A stretch of DNA of 64,000 nt. It comes from Stegostoma tigrinum (taxonomy: Eukaryota). Shown here piece by piece: positions 38,229 through 52,423 of this stretch (its first letter is position 1; the number at the start of each line of letters is the position of its first letter). Where the stretch lies: positions 9,915,794-9,979,793 of the forward strand of contig NC_081404.1 of NCBI RefSeq assembly GCF_030684315.1, in the 5' to 3' direction. The notes under the pieces are model-generated. The model saw only the letters and a program-made list of their open reading frames with translations, was not told where the DNA came from and did not search any database. The translations under genes were made by a program, and so were the position numbers.

Positions 38229-41200
38229 GAGGTTATGTGCAGGCTTTAGAAAAGGTTCTGCATTTCTTTGTTGCTCCCCATGATATGCATTACATAAGTA
38301 TGCACTCCAGAGTCAAATATAATTCTGACCAGCATTTAGTTCTCTTTGTGCCTAAATTATTTCTCTTCAGTCCATTGTTATTTTTAGATACTTGGTTAAC
38401 CCTGTCCTGTTTTTAGCGCCCAGCTTGCCAGTCCTCTAAATCCATTGTCTAATGTAACTTAAAAACAGCTGCAGAGGCACTCTCTGGGGCATTTGCTTCT
38501 GAAAGATTTTGTTAGGATAAACAAGTCCCTGGGCTGTGGTGCTGCGCAAAATATTCAAACTGACTCTGTATCCCAAGCTTGGCTATTTGCATTCTTGACG
38601 CAAAATAAAATTTCAGAGCATATGAAATTGTAAATTAACAAAGAAAAATAAAAGTATTTTGAAGCTTTTTATTTGTGGATATTGCTGGCGCTGAATGATT
38701 GCTGCATTTTCCCAGATAGTGATCACTGCACTCCAAAACGTAATTCTGAATTCTTTTTCTTTGGGATGTTTTGATGTGATGGGGTTATAAATAATTATAA
38801 ATCATCCAGATATTACAATTTAACCCTCTCAATTTTGGAGATACTCCTTACATTGCACTGTACCAAAGTGTTTAATTAACTTGGAAGCCATTGCGAAGAT
38901 TCTGTTTCTTAATGAACCTAAAGTGTACTTTTAACTTTGTCATTCTTTAAGCATTGGATACCCAGTATGTAACATGGACTATTCAAATCCTGCCACAGTA
39001 ATGGGTTTCAAAGTTTTGTTGTTTGCCAACTGTAAGGATGATGCATGATCTGAGGTTAAAGAATCTGAATTCTGTTTCTGCTGGGAGCCAATCCATAACA
39101 TAAAACTGTTCACACATTGGCAGTCTTATATTGCCCAGTTGACTGGAAGAAATGGGATGGGGATTACACCGACTCTAGTAGTGCTCTTCTGAGTGTTAAT
39201 TAGTGTCACAATAGAGTGAGTATTACTCTGCATCTATCCTATCACTGCTTAACTCCCTGATGCCATTTGTCCTCATGTGAATTCACAAATATAAAGGAAA
39301 GGAAACTTGTGTTCACTTGGCAGTTGATGGCAATTAAGCAAATGTAAAGTGAAATTGGATAAAAATAGTTTAAAAGAGCAAATGCCAGTGATGATTGCTC
39401 TATATCTAATTTGGGTCAGCAACGCAGGAACTGCAAAATGTTTTGCAAATTCTTGTTGAACTGGAATATATAGATTATATTTTCACACCAAATATTGTAA
39501 TTTGTATACAAATACAAGAAATGTATAACTTGTTCAATTAAAATATACAGAATATTAAAAAAAATACTTTGCACCTGACGCAGCTTAACTGCTGACTTTT
39601 TTGGGGCCAGAATGTAAGTGTTTGCACGCAGTCTTGAAATATGCTGAGCCAAACTATAATGGACTTCTGTGAGAGAACATGAATGTTCACTATTTTATTC
39701 CTGTTTTTAAAAAAGCAACCTGTAGTCAACTCCATTTAGAAGCAGGGCTTGCCTTTTGCTGGCCAATGTCTTCAAATGAGAAAGATCTTTAAAAGGTATT
39801 TTGAGCACCATGTCTTTTTTTTAATGTATTGATTTAACTCCTGGTTGTCCATAACCAGGATAGTAGACAACTACAGAAAATTGAAGTGTAATGTACTGGA
39901 CACAAAAAGTCCCAATGTTCTGATCCATTTTAAAAACTTGGTGCAAATCTTTCTGAAAACCACATGACGAGCTGACGATTTGTCTGCATTTTCTTCAAGC
40001 TTGCCAAAATGATCTTGCAACACAACTAACAATGTTAATGGTAAAATTGGCTTTTGATATTCTGTTAAAGCAGCTTTATGTAAGTGTGGGTGTTTACTTT
40101 AATTAACTCAGGTGCTTATTTTGTTGGAAGCGGTGGTGGCTGTAATATGGAACCGTAAGGTTGTTCATACTTGTGCTATTTAATCAACTAGTTACTGAGG
40201 ACATTTGGCCTTTAATTGTTGTTTTTCTGTTAACCTTGTCTACAAATTCTGTATAGTAGCTGTTTAGTCTTTTGAAATCTGCTGTAATGTTTGTCAGGTT
40301 CTTGGTGAATCTGGAATTCAGAACCAAGGATCTACGCTGTACAATTGAAACAAGTTTAATAGAGCAGATGTATTTTCATTTGTTATACTTTGTGTACTCT
40401 ACAGAACTGAAAATTTCTACTCCTTGTTATAGCTCTTTAGCTGTGCTGCAATTTTATATTTTGCAGGTGTGAAGGGGGATTTTCAGATCACTGGATAGCC
40501 TGTCCCCTGCATTTCCTCTTTCTTCATGCTGTATGTGTAAGCTTCCAGGAATCCCTGTGACTGAAAATTTGCCCAATTATAATGTGTATATAATTTATAC
40601 TTGCTAAACCATGAATATTTAGGAGCCATTCCTAGTCAAAGGGAGTCTCAGTTTTATTAGATCCAAATCAAAATTATGCAGACTGCCTCTTCACAAAGAG
40701 CTCTGAGAACATGACAGTACAATAATGTATCACAAACCAATACCACTGTTTCATGGTCAGCAGTTAAAATAATACAAATACTAGACTTTGCACAGTCTTC
40801 AAGGAATGTTCAAACTAGTCTGTGCTTTTTACTTATTGTACTAAAATAGCTGAGTTAAAATACACACTATTCAATGTGCAGTGTGTTCCTGTTGTATGTG
40901 ATGAGCCTGAATGTAACAAACTTGCATAAAACTAGAAACTGTACTGGCTGAATCAAAATCAAATTGTAATTTATGATAGTTTGTTTATACTGCATTATAT
41001 TTTCAGATTTGACTTGATTTAAAGAGTATCTCCATGAATGTAATTTTGATGTCATTCATGAAAAGTTTACAATATTCTGTTTATAAATGACTTTCCATTA
41101 AAGAAGCGTATGTTCCTGCATCAACAGTTTGAGTAAGAATACAGGAATAATTAGAAGTAGAAACAGGAATAGACTGTTAGACCCCTTGAACCTTCTGTGT

Positions 41201-41254
41201 AATTCACCTAAGATAATGGTTGATCTAATTCCCCCACCATCAATCAAATGTGTT

Positions 41255-41580
41255 CTGGATGTGAGTTTGCTCGCTGGGCTGGAAGGTTAGTTTTCAGACG
41301 TTTCGTCACCATTCCAGGTAACATCATCAGTGAGCCTCCGAAGTGTTGGTGTTACGTCCCGCTTTCTATTTATCTGGCTAGGTTTCCTTGGGTTGGTGAG
41401 AAGGTGCAAGGAAACCTAACCAGATAAATAGAAAGTGGGACATAACACCAGCGCTTTGTCGGAGGCTCACTGATGTTACCTGGAATGGTGACGAAACATC
41501 TGAAAACTAACCTTCCAGCTCAGTGAGCAAACTCACATCCAGAACCTCAACCTGAGCTACAAATCTTCTCAAAACTCGCT
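41255..41580 (+). mobile_element. Solo Penelope-like pseudo-LTR fold-back insertion
   Basis: ~140-bp inverted arms plus tail ...gagctacaaatcttctcaaaactcgct; 13-bp TSD aatcaaatgtgtt at 41242-41254 and 41581-41593; matches the termini of element B. Confidence 0.85.
41294..41333 (-). ncRNA. Minimal hammerhead ribozyme motif in Penelope pseudo-LTR
   Basis: Minus strand TCA-CTGATGA-T-GTTACC(TGGAAT)GGTGAC-GAAAC-GTC-TGA; Penelope pLTRs are known to carry minimal hammerheads. Confidence 0.7.
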
Positions 41581-42679
41581 AATCAAATGTGTTTAACGCT
41601 GCCTTGAATAAATTCAATGATCAGCCTCCACTATTCGCTAAAGAGAATTCCAGGGTTGTAGTTATCCCCTGAGAAAATAAGTTCCTCCTCGTCTCCATGT
41701 TGAATTGGAATTCCTTATTTTTTGTCCCTTGTTTTTGATTTGCGCAATGAACTGGGAACATCCTTTTTAGCATCTACTTATTGGTATTCTTGGTAACTGT
41801 CTTGTATTGATGGATTCTAGCTATGTTTTTCCCAATAAAAGAAAACATTCTGTTGCATTCACTCTGATGTCTTTTCAAAATTTGAAATACCTCTACTAGG
41901 TGACTGTTCACCCTTATTTTAAGACAACAGGAAAAACAAAAAAGGCCCATGCTTACCTATGCAGTTCTGGTAGCATCTTTTTAAATCATCTTTGAACATT
42001 TATTCTGTCTATTAAAAAGTAGTGAAAATATTGAATGTCCTACCACTGGGAATAATTAAGGAGAATTGTATAGATACATTTGACAGCGAAGAAAATAAAG
42101 GATTATGATTATTCATTTAGATGGGAAGAGATTTGAACAGATCATGAACACTGGCATGGCCTTGTTGGGCTGAATGGCTCATTTCTGTGCCATAGATCCT
42201 ACATGTACACATCATGCACGGGTCCCCTCAGAATCTTTTGTTCCAAATAAGATTATTCTCACTCTTAAACTTCAATAAATATAGGCCCAGACTCTTCAAC
42301 CTTTCCTTGTAAGACACAGCCCTCATTCCAGGAATCAATGGACAGCATTGGCTAGATAAGCAATTAATGTCTATCGTGGCTTGCCTTGGAGCAGGTGGCG
42401 GTGAGCTTCCTTAAAACACTGCAGTCTTTGGGTGTAAAGAGACATACAGTGCTGTTGGAGAAGCATTTTGAAGATTTTTAACTCAGTGAGAGTGAAGGAA
42501 CAGTGATTATGGTTCAAAGTCAGGATCGTGTGTGACTTACAGGGGGACTTGCATGAAGTGGAGTTCGCGTGCATCTGCTGTCTTCCTTCTAAATGGTATA
42601 GGTTATTTGGAAGGTGCTATTAGAGAGTCTTGGTGAGTTATTTCTGTGCATTTGTAGAGAGGACACACTTGTTACTGTT

Positions 42680-43783
42680 ACATAGAACATAGAACATAGA
42701 ACAGTACAGCACAGAACAGGCCCTTCAGCCCACAATGTTGTGCCGACCATTGATCCTCATGGATGCACCCTCAAATTTCTGTGACCATATGCATGTCCAG
42801 CAGTCTCTTAAATGACCCCAATGACCTTGCTTCCACAACTGCTGCTGGCAACGCATTCCATGCTCTCACAACTCTCTGCGTAAAGAACCTGCCTCTGACA
42901 TCCCCTCTATACTTTCCACCAACCAGCTTAAAACTATGACCCCTCGTGCTAGCCATTTCTGCCCTGGGAAATAGTCTCTGGCTATCGACTCTATCTATGC
43001 CTCTCATTATCTTGTATACCTCAATTAGGTCCCCTCTCCTCCTCCTTTTCTCCAATGAAAAGAGACCGAGCTCAGTCAACCTCTCTTCATAAGATAAGCC
43101 CTCCAGTCCAGGCAGCATCCTGGTAAACCTCCTCTGAACCCTCTCCAAAGCATCCACATCTTTCCTATAATAGGGCGCCCAGAACTGGACGCAGTATTCC
43201 AAGTGCGGTCTAACCAAAGTTTTATAGAGCTGCAACAAGATCTCACGACTCTTAAACTCAATCCCCCTGTTAATGAAAGCCAAAACACCATATGCTTTCT
43301 TAACAACCCTGTCCACTTGGGTGGCCATTTTAAGGGATCTATGTATCTGCACACCAAGATCCCTCTGTTCCTCCACGCTGCCAAGAATCCTATCCTTAAT
43401 CCTGTACTCAGCTTTCAAATTCGACCTTCCAAAATGCATCACCTCGCATTTATCCAGGTTGAACTCCATCTGCCACCTCTCAGCCCATCTCTGCATCCTG
43501 TCAATGTCCCGCTGCAGCCTACAACAGCCCTCTACACTGTCAACGACACCTCCGACCTTTGTGTCGTCTGCAAACTTGCTGACCCATCCTTCAATTCCCT
43601 CGTCCAAGTCATTAATAAAAATTACAAACAGTAGAGGCCCAAGGACAGAGCCCTGTGGAACCCCACTCACCACTGACTTCCAGGCAGAATATTTTCCTTC
43701 TACTACCACTCGCTGTCTTCTGTTGGCCAGCCAATTCTGTATCCAAGCAGCTAAGTTCCCCTGTATCCCATTCCTCCTGACCT
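42680..43783 (-). mobile_element. Young 5'-truncated CR1/HER1-type LINE
   Basis: Open RT C-terminus ([29 protein letters not shown]) and (catagaa)n 3' tail; inserted into an older repeat spanning ~42345-43850. Confidence 0.92.
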
Positions 43784-43929
43784 GTTGATTAGTGGAAGGA
43801 CTGAATGTTAAAGGTGGCAGATTAGGTGTCACTTGGTTGGTCCATTTTTGTTTTAGTTTCAGCAAAGAGACTAAAGCTGCACATAATCCTCATTAAATGT
43901 GGTCTCGCCTTTTACAGTTGTAGCAAAGC

Positions 43930-44500
43930 TTCCCTGGTTTAAAAGCTCCACCTCCCATGCAATAAAGGCCATCATTCTGATTTCCTTCCTAATTAGTTGC
44001 AATGCTGCATGTTGATTTTTTTTTTGTGTGTGTGATTAATGTACAAGGACACCCAGATCCCTCTACTACAGCATTCTGCAGTTTCCCTCTTTTCTGCCAA
44101 AGTGGGCGACCTCACTGTTTTCCCACATTATACCTAATTTGCCAAATTTGTGCCCACTCAATTAACCTACCTATATCTTTTCACAGATTACTTGTATCCC
44201 CCTCACAACTTGCTTTCGTTACTATTCTCATATCATCAAATTTGGCCACAATACAGTCTAGCTTGGATGAAGATACAGTGTCACCAGTTATAAATAGTTG
44301 AAGTCCTAGGACTAATTTCTGTGGCATTCTGCTAGTTACAGTTTGTCACGCTGAAAATAACTTGTGATTTAAGTTCTCTCTTTTTACTGTTAGCTATGCA
44401 GTCCTCTATCCATATTAATATGTTGCCCCCAATACTAAAAGCTTTTATGTTACCATATAAAAAGCTTGCCACAAATGTCTTTTGTAGATCCAAATGCTTT
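43930..44500 (-). mobile_element. Old degraded CR1-type LINE fragment
   Basis: Remnant IKAFSIGGNILIWIEDCIANSK in ORF 44332-44580. Confidence 0.5.
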
Positions 44501-44819
44501 GTCTTCTGTGTAAAGTGACAAAATAGTGCCATTTGGTCTACCTGCTGTTTTCCTTGCACCATATGCTTGAGCCACTGCAAACTTTTTCACTTTTCCAGAT
44601 TTTCCGTCTTTCCATCCCTTCTGCTATTCTGAATCTCAGATATCTTTTTGTATCTCTATCTCTAACTTTTCTCCTCATTGCCGCTTTTTGTCTTGCACTA
44701 TTATTATTTCAGTTTGTTGATCAATTCCTGGCTTCCATTTAATCAGTCTACAGATAATTGTTTTTCCTATGTGTGTTTTTAACCTTCTTGCCCCTCTTTC
44801 TCCTGGCTCTGTTCCTGTT

Positions 44820-45175
44820 CATAGAATCCCTACGGTGCAGAAAGAGGCTGTTTGAATCTGTACCAACTTTTCAAAGAGCACCCCACCCAGGCCCACTCCC
44901 CCAATCTATCCCGATAACCCTACTTTTTTTTTTGAAACCACAGTTACTCCACCTAACCTACACATCCCTGGACACTACAGGATAACTTAGTATGGCCAAT
45001 CCATGTAACCTGCACATCCTTGGACTGTGGAAAGAAACCAGAGCATCTGGTAGAAGCCCATGCAGACACTGGGAGAACATGCAAACTGCATGCAAACAAT
45101 CACCCAAGCATAGAATCACACCCAGTCCCTGCCACTGCGAGGCAACAGTGCTAACCTCTCAGCCACTGTGCTGCA
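44820..45175 (-). mobile_element. HE1-type tRNA-derived SINE
   Basis: Reverse-complement match to 52424-52765 (gcacagtggctgagaggttagcactgttgcctc head; CR1-like tail). Confidence 0.75.
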
Positions 45176-45978
45176 GCTGTTCTTCCATAATGTGTCTCAG
45201 TTCTGATGAAGGGTCAAAGACCTGAGGTATTAACCTCACCTCCTTTTCTCCACCGATCCTGCCTAACCTGCAAAGTGTTTCCAGCCTCTCTCTCCTCTTT
45301 ATTTCAAGTTCCTGCTTTTCAGTTAAGCCAGGAGGTACCAAGCAAGTTAGGAGGTACCAAGCTGAAACCAGCTACAGAAGGCAAGACGTCAGATTAACGC
45401 TTCCTCAATCAGAACTGCATTTGTATAATTTCCAGTACTTGAAATCTTCATTTGTCACATTATTTTTGTTCCCACTTCCAAATTAGTTAATCTATCAGGG
45501 GTAAAAACCAAAGCACAGACTATTTTGATATCCCTGTACTTGGCTCAATATTTTGAAGAATATTAGTAAAATAGGCAACCAGGGCTGAACACTGATCCTT
45601 TGTAAATATAAAGGATTAATTATATATATATTGTACATAATGTTTGCTATGCCATGTTTTTGACATTTTTTTAAAAGGTTGTGATTATGCTTAGAATGTT
45701 TCAACTGTTACAGGTCTCCAGAACAGTAGAGCTTATAGTCCACATGTATACTTCATTTAAAATGACATAAAAATCTCTGCATTTATTTGTATGGGATCCT
45801 GTCAAATGTAGAACAATAAAGAGTGTTTTAATTTAAGAGTAAGCTTCCTGTCCAGTCCTCATTCATCTTTAAGTGCACATTAAAATAGTTGGTGAAATTT
45901 TTTTTTTCTTTGTTGATTTTTAAAGTTGAGTTTGAGTCCTCGAGTAATGTCAGCTGAAGGACCAGTTGACTCTGTGCG

Positions 45979-47349
45979 CATAGAACATAGAACATAGAAC
46001 AGTACAGCACAGAACAGGCCCTTCAGCCCACAATGTTGTGCCGACCATTGATCCTCATGTATGCACCCTCAAATTTCTGTGACCATATGCATGTCCAGCA
46101 GTCTCTTAAATGACCCCAATGACCTTGCTTCCACAACTGCTGCTGGCAACGCATTCCATGCTCTCACAACTCTCTGCGTAAAGAACCTGCCTCTGACATC
46201 CCCTCTATACTTTCCACCAACCAGCTTAAAACTATGACCCCTCGTGCTAGCCATTTCTGCCCTGGGAAATAGTCTCTGGCTATCAACTCTATCTATGCCT
46301 CTCATTATCTTGTATACCTCAATTAGGTCCCCTCTCCTCCTCCTTTTCTCCAATGAAAAGAGACCGAGTTCAGTCAACCTCTCTTCATAAGATAAGCCCT
46401 CCAGTCCAGGCAGCATCCTGGTAAACCTCCTCTGAACCCTCTCCAAAGCATCCACATCTTTCCTATAATAGGGCGCCCAGAACTGGACGCAGTATTCCAA
46501 GTGCGGTCTAACCAAAGTTTTATAGAGCTGCAACAAGATCTCACGACTCTTAAACTCAATCCCCCTGTTAATGAAAGCCAAAACACCATATGCTTTCTTA
46601 ACAACCCTGTCCACTTGGGTGGCCATTTTAAGGGATCTATGTATCTGCACACCAAGATCCCTCTGTTCCTCCACGCTGCCAAGAATCCTATCCTTAATCC
46701 TGTACTCAGCTTTCAAATTCGACCTTCCAAAATGCATCACCTCGCATTTATCCAGGTTGAACTCCATCTGCCACCTCTCAGCCCATCTCTGCATCCTGTC
46801 AATGTCCCGCTGCAGCCTACAACAGCCCTCTACACTGTCAACGACACCTCCGACCTTTGTGTCGTCTGCAAACTTGCTGACCCATCCTTCAAATCCCTCG
46901 TCCAAGTCATTAATAAAAATTACAAACAGTAGAGGCCCAAGGACAGAGCCCTGTGGAACCCCACTCACCACTGACTTCCAGGCAGAATATTTTCCTTCTA
47001 CTACTACTCGCTGTCTTCTGTTGGCCAGCCAATTCTGTATCCAAGCAGCTAAGTTCCCCTGTATCCCATTCCTCCTGACCTTCTGAATGAGCCTTCCATG
47101 GGGAACCTTATCAAATGCCTTACTGAAGTCCATATACACCACATCCACAGCTCGACCCTCATCAACCTTTCTAGTCACATCCTCAAAAAACTCTAAGGTT
47201 TGTAAGGCATGACCTACCCCTCACAAAGCCGTGTTGACTGTATTTGATCAAGCCATGCTCTTCCAGATGGTCATAAATCTTATCCCTCAGAATCCTTTCT
47301 AACACCTTGCAGACGACAGACGTGAGACTTACCGGTCTATAATTGCCGG
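45979..47349 (-). mobile_element. Young 5'-truncated CR1/HER1-type LINE
   Basis: 369-aa open RT fragment and (catagaa)n tail; nearly identical to 42680-43783. Confidence 0.92.
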
Positions 47350-49308
47350 TAGAAGTAGAAGAGAATTTTAAAATAGCTAAACCTTGATAGTCTCATAATT
47401 AAGCCAAATTATCGAGAAAATTCTTTGGTGCATGAAGTGTTAGTCCTGGCTTTCTAAACGAGTTCCAGATAATTGCAAACTTCATCAGCTACAAAGGCAG
47501 AACCGAACAAATTTGAGAAATGTCACAAATAATTTAGTTGTACAAATCTGGTCGAAAGCTCAAACAGTGTCAGAGCTACTGAGCTTGGCAATTAAAATCC
47601 TTCCATTTTATTGATGTTTCTCCCAAGCAATAATTCTGAAGGGCGTGCAATTTACAAAATCAAAAGTCAGATAGATTCCATTTGACAGTTCACGGTTTGT
47701 TCGTTTTCAGCATTTTTATCCTTTTCTGCCTCTGTGGCAATATCTTCCCATGATGCTGTACAACAGAGAAGTATGTCTTAACACAAGTAAGTCTGACTAG
47801 GTTCAGCATGCAGATTTGACTTTAAATTTTGTTTGATAATTCTCCTTTTGAAGGATGATGGATGGCTTTAATATGTTAAAGGTACTGTATAAATTCAAGG
47901 GTTCTTCTGTGTAAAATAGCTAAGTGTGCTATTGGTTGACATTTTCTGCCGTTCACTTGAAGAAAATAAAATTGCCTCAACAGAAATTTTTTTTAAAAAA
48001 AAGTGGCATTGCATGCACTCAGTCTACTGTGTTGCTTCCAGCTTTAAGTCAGTGGAGGCAGCTACATTCGTGCAGGGAAGAGTCCTAGTAATGAAGTGTC
48101 CTGCACGTCATAGTTCTGTACCTTGATCTTTTACACTAGGACAGCAAATAGGCTGGATGTAGGGGAATGACCCCTCTATTCCACATCAACAATGTATCTC
48201 CATTCCCAGTCACAAAACACAGACTTTGTACCAGCATCGTGCTTTCATTTCTAGCCTCGGTTATATTTATTTATGCAGCCTTCTAAGCATCTCCATGCTT
48301 TGGATTTGGACATACTAAGATTAATACTCGCCAGATTTGTTTCCCTACTTTGCAAAACTAGAAAATAGATAACAATAGATACAAATCAAGGGGCCAGAAA
48401 CAAATAACAATATTGTAAACTGGAGCTGCGAAAAGGTGTTTGGCAACCTGGTGGTGCCACATGTGGATTCCATTGTGAATTGTAGCAACCAGAGACTGAG
48501 TCTTGCTTGTACTTTCGTGAAGAAGAGAGAAGTCTGACGAGAGCTTATCCCAGCTTCCAGCACCTGGTTACAAAGTAAGATGCACAAATCACAGCAGGTT
48601 GCCCTTGGCTCTGGGATATTGCATAGAGTGCAGAAGAGGAGGGGAATGTAGCACTTACCAAAGAATAAAAATAAATTGGCTTGATTTTTGAGAATTTTAT
48701 GTAAATGTTTATTTTAAATTTTGTCTTTTTGCTATAACCCTTGTAGATTTTGGACTTTCTAAATTTAATTGTAAATTGGTACTTGAAGTGGGTCAAATAT
48801 AAGTAGCTTCACTGGTCCACTTGGCACAAAAGATAAAATGCCACAATTCATGTGTAGGAGTTTTTTTTTACCCTTTTTTTTTGCTTATGGCTACAAGTTA
48901 CAAACACTGGCAAACATGGAGGTTTTAAATTTTACATTTAACTCCCTACAGTAATAACTAAAAACAATCCACAAAGTAAGATAAATTGTAAAGCCTAGTG
49001 CAGACTTATTTATGTGGCGCTTGTGAAGAGTTGTTATTCTGCTTCTGTAACTTGTAGAAAGAAATCAAATTTGGTCACCTTTAGCAATAATGGATTAAGC
49101 ATGTATCTGTGAGCTAGTATCTAATACCAAACTGTAAATATGAATTGGGTTTGAATTTAATAATGTTCCACATTGACTATGGGCAACACAATCGATTTAG
49201 CTGCCAAGCCAAGTGCTGTGTTGGATGCGGAAGTTCTATAACAGCACCTCATTAACCACCTTTCGTACATAGCTCGTGGTAATTTTAGCAAATCTGCATA
49301 GTCTGTTT

Positions 49309-49475
49309 CAGAGATAATTGGAACTGCAGATGCTGGAGAATCCGAGATAACAAAGTGTGGAGCTGGATGAATACAGCAGGCCAAGCAGCATCAGAGGAGC
49401 AGGAAAGCTGACGTTTCAGGCCTAGACCCTTCATCAGAAAAGCTTGGCCTGCTGTGTTCATCCAGCTCCCCACTT
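49309..49475 (-). mobile_element. Short fold-back element with hammerhead core (copy 4)
   Basis: 14-bp TSD tgcatagtctgttt at 49295-49308 and 49476-49489; minus-strand core CTGATGA-AGGGTCTAGGCCT-GAAACGTC at 49408-49439. Confidence 0.85.
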
Positions 49476-52423
49476 TGCATAGTCTGTTTAGTATTTCTTA
49501 TAGACTTCTCGCTCCTTTTGACATCTTACTAAAGAAGATGAAAAAACTAATTAATCGTGATGGAGTATTTGAACAGCTTAAGTTGTAGCTGGTCCCAATA
49601 TGACTTTTTTTAATTTAATGGGTATGTTGTTTTGAAGAGTCAAAACTGCAGATTTTCAATAACTGTGCCATATTGAAATACCTGTAGAGATGGTGTTTTT
49701 GAACAAAATACATTCCTTTCCAAAGCAATCTACAAAAGCTGAAAAAGGAAATTTAAACACTGAGAAATTTAAGGAAATTCAAATGAATGACATGCTTAAA
49801 TGGGGATAGCATTGTCAATTCAGTGCAAATTTCGAGGTAAGCAGGTATCCTGAACCCTTTAATTACATGTTGAGTACTTTTAAGAATGAAAGGTTTTATT
49901 TCACTTGTCATTTTAAGTATACCTCGGTTTGATGTGTTATGATTTCATCAAATTTAATCAGAATTAATGTAAATTTTCATTAGAACAACACTGCCACTTT
50001 TCAAAGTATATTCATTCAAATATATTGCCTTAATGATACCACAAAAATGCACCGTTAATAACTGTAGCATCACTCCCAATTCAAAAAAGTTGAAAAGACC
50101 AAAGTGATTACACACAAGGAGTTGCTCTCAAATGGGCAAGAAAAGTCCATGTTTGCCCACGAATACAAGAACTGATCCTAGTAACAGTGGCAATGTTAAA
50201 TTTGATTTTTTTTTCAGGTGACTGGGGATAGGATGGTGTGGTACAGAAATCTTAATTTCAAAATTAATGAGGGCAGTATATTCATTCTTCTAAAAGCAAC
50301 TTCCTATCTGCCCATCACAAAGCACAAGTCTCAAACAGCTTGTAAGAAATCCACATGTGCAAGCTCTCTAATTCTAAATTTGGTTTAAGTATTCCCCCGA
50401 TCACTTTTATTCCCCCCAGTTAGCTTTCACTCTAGCCCAAGGAATTTTTAATCAGGAACAAAATGGTATAGATTTATCAATGGAAGTTACCTATTAGGTT
50501 TAGAATAATAATATAATGTGGAGTGTAAATATGGACATTATTCAGAGCTATTTTAATACAGTTGTTTATTTTCTCTTCCTACTTCCTTCTGGCACACGCT
50601 GATACTTTTAACCTCAGTTGAGAGGTCTGAAATTCTTCAGCTACTTCATGAGTGCCATTGGTGTTATACCAGTGATGTGAGGTAGAAATATTCATCCCTT
50701 CCTCCACCTTGCAATACACTTGAATATAATTCAAGGGTCTCAAGTAGCAGCTTCAGCTGGAGGTGACAGAACTTACCCAAATAATGACAGATGTGTTCGT
50801 AGGTCAAAATGAGATTTGGAGTTGCGACTATTGATTTTGGGAGGCCAATGCACTGATCCTTTTCCTAAAAAAAACCTGTACTCTCAGTAGCGTTGGTATA
50901 GTAATTATTCAATTTTCAAAATTTGTTTTTAGTCCCGAGACACACACAGGGTCAACAGCAGGAAAACATGCTTCAACAGTAGCTTTGTTTGGCTGGAACA
51001 CCCAGAACTGTTGCTGCTGTCCCCAGTAGACCACAGTTACGTTTGTTTTCTAGTATGTCAAGCTGACAGCCCTGCAAATTTAGTGAAGGATTTGTTGGCA
51101 GATTTGGCGAAACTTTGTTTATATTGAAGGATTTTTTTTTAGTAGGTTCTGAGGCATTGTTAACTAATTGAGTCATCACCATTTGGAACTTGCCCTGAAT
51201 TTGCAAAACTCAAGTTTTTGAATCATTCTAAAATTTGAAGTTTGGCTTTAACCCTTCAGTCTGAAGATGCAAATTCTCATTCCTACCGATAAAGTTTCTC
51301 TTTTTCAAAATGAGGGGACTGTAAAATCATGTATTTATTTTCTTCTATCTCCTTACCAATTGACTATGTCAAACAGTGCTGATTTTCTGTGAGTTGAGGG
51401 TTCTGAATGTGATTAGATTTTTAGTTTCCAAATTTAAGTTGGTTTTGGCATCAATTTGTCCATTTTCGTGCAAATGCAGCAACAAGCATCTCGGGAATGG
51501 AAACACTGGCACCTGTTCCATAAGAAAGACTTTTCTGTGGTTAGGAAATCCATATTCAAATTTCAGACACTCAAACTCTCAAGCCAAGGTGAGATACTAA
51601 AAAAGAGGAAGCATGTTCAAAATTAGCTAATGCATGAACGAAAATGAATATCAAATCAAATCTATGAAATAAATTGCTGATGTGCTTAGTATTGCACTTC
51701 TTGTTTGCAATAACAGGATGATGTCAGACTATCTACAGCTTTTCATCTCCTAAAGATTATTGTCCTAATTTCTCAGTGATTTTGCTACTTTTTGTAATCT
51801 GAGTTGTATTGCTCTAATCTATAAATATTTTGTGGAAAAGCATTTCTAAAGGTTACATGATTATTTATTATAAACTACTTCGGTGTGGTAGGGGAGGGGC
51901 TGAAATTTTGCTGCAAGTGGCCAAACATTACTTGTAATGTGATCTGTACGTCAGAAAGAAAAGATTACCAAAAAACTGGTTTAATAGTAAAGTTCTCCAA
52001 CATGATTATTCTGTCCTCTTGTAATTTTCCTTAATTAGTTATTTTTCAAAGTATAGTGTTCATATTTAGGGAATCGGGCAGGGGTATTTTAAAAATAAAA
52101 CAAGTGAAATGAATTTTCATTAAAAGTCTATTCTACTTTGTAATGGCAGATTTAACCAGTTGTGTCTGACTTTTACTAATATTAAACTTGCTTACGCCTT
52201 TTTTAAAAGAAGTTCTTTTTCAATCAAAGCAACCTACTAGATGATAGTTCAAGTGTAAGATTCTGTAAATAACAAACGTTCTAAAAAAGTAGATTATATG
52301 TTTTAATGTAAAGCATAGTCAAAAAGGTTCCTGATAACCCATTTCTAAATAGGCTTTTTGCCAATTAATGAGTGGATTATTACATTCAAATCCTTGAGTA
52401 ATTTGAGTAATTAATCTTAATTA

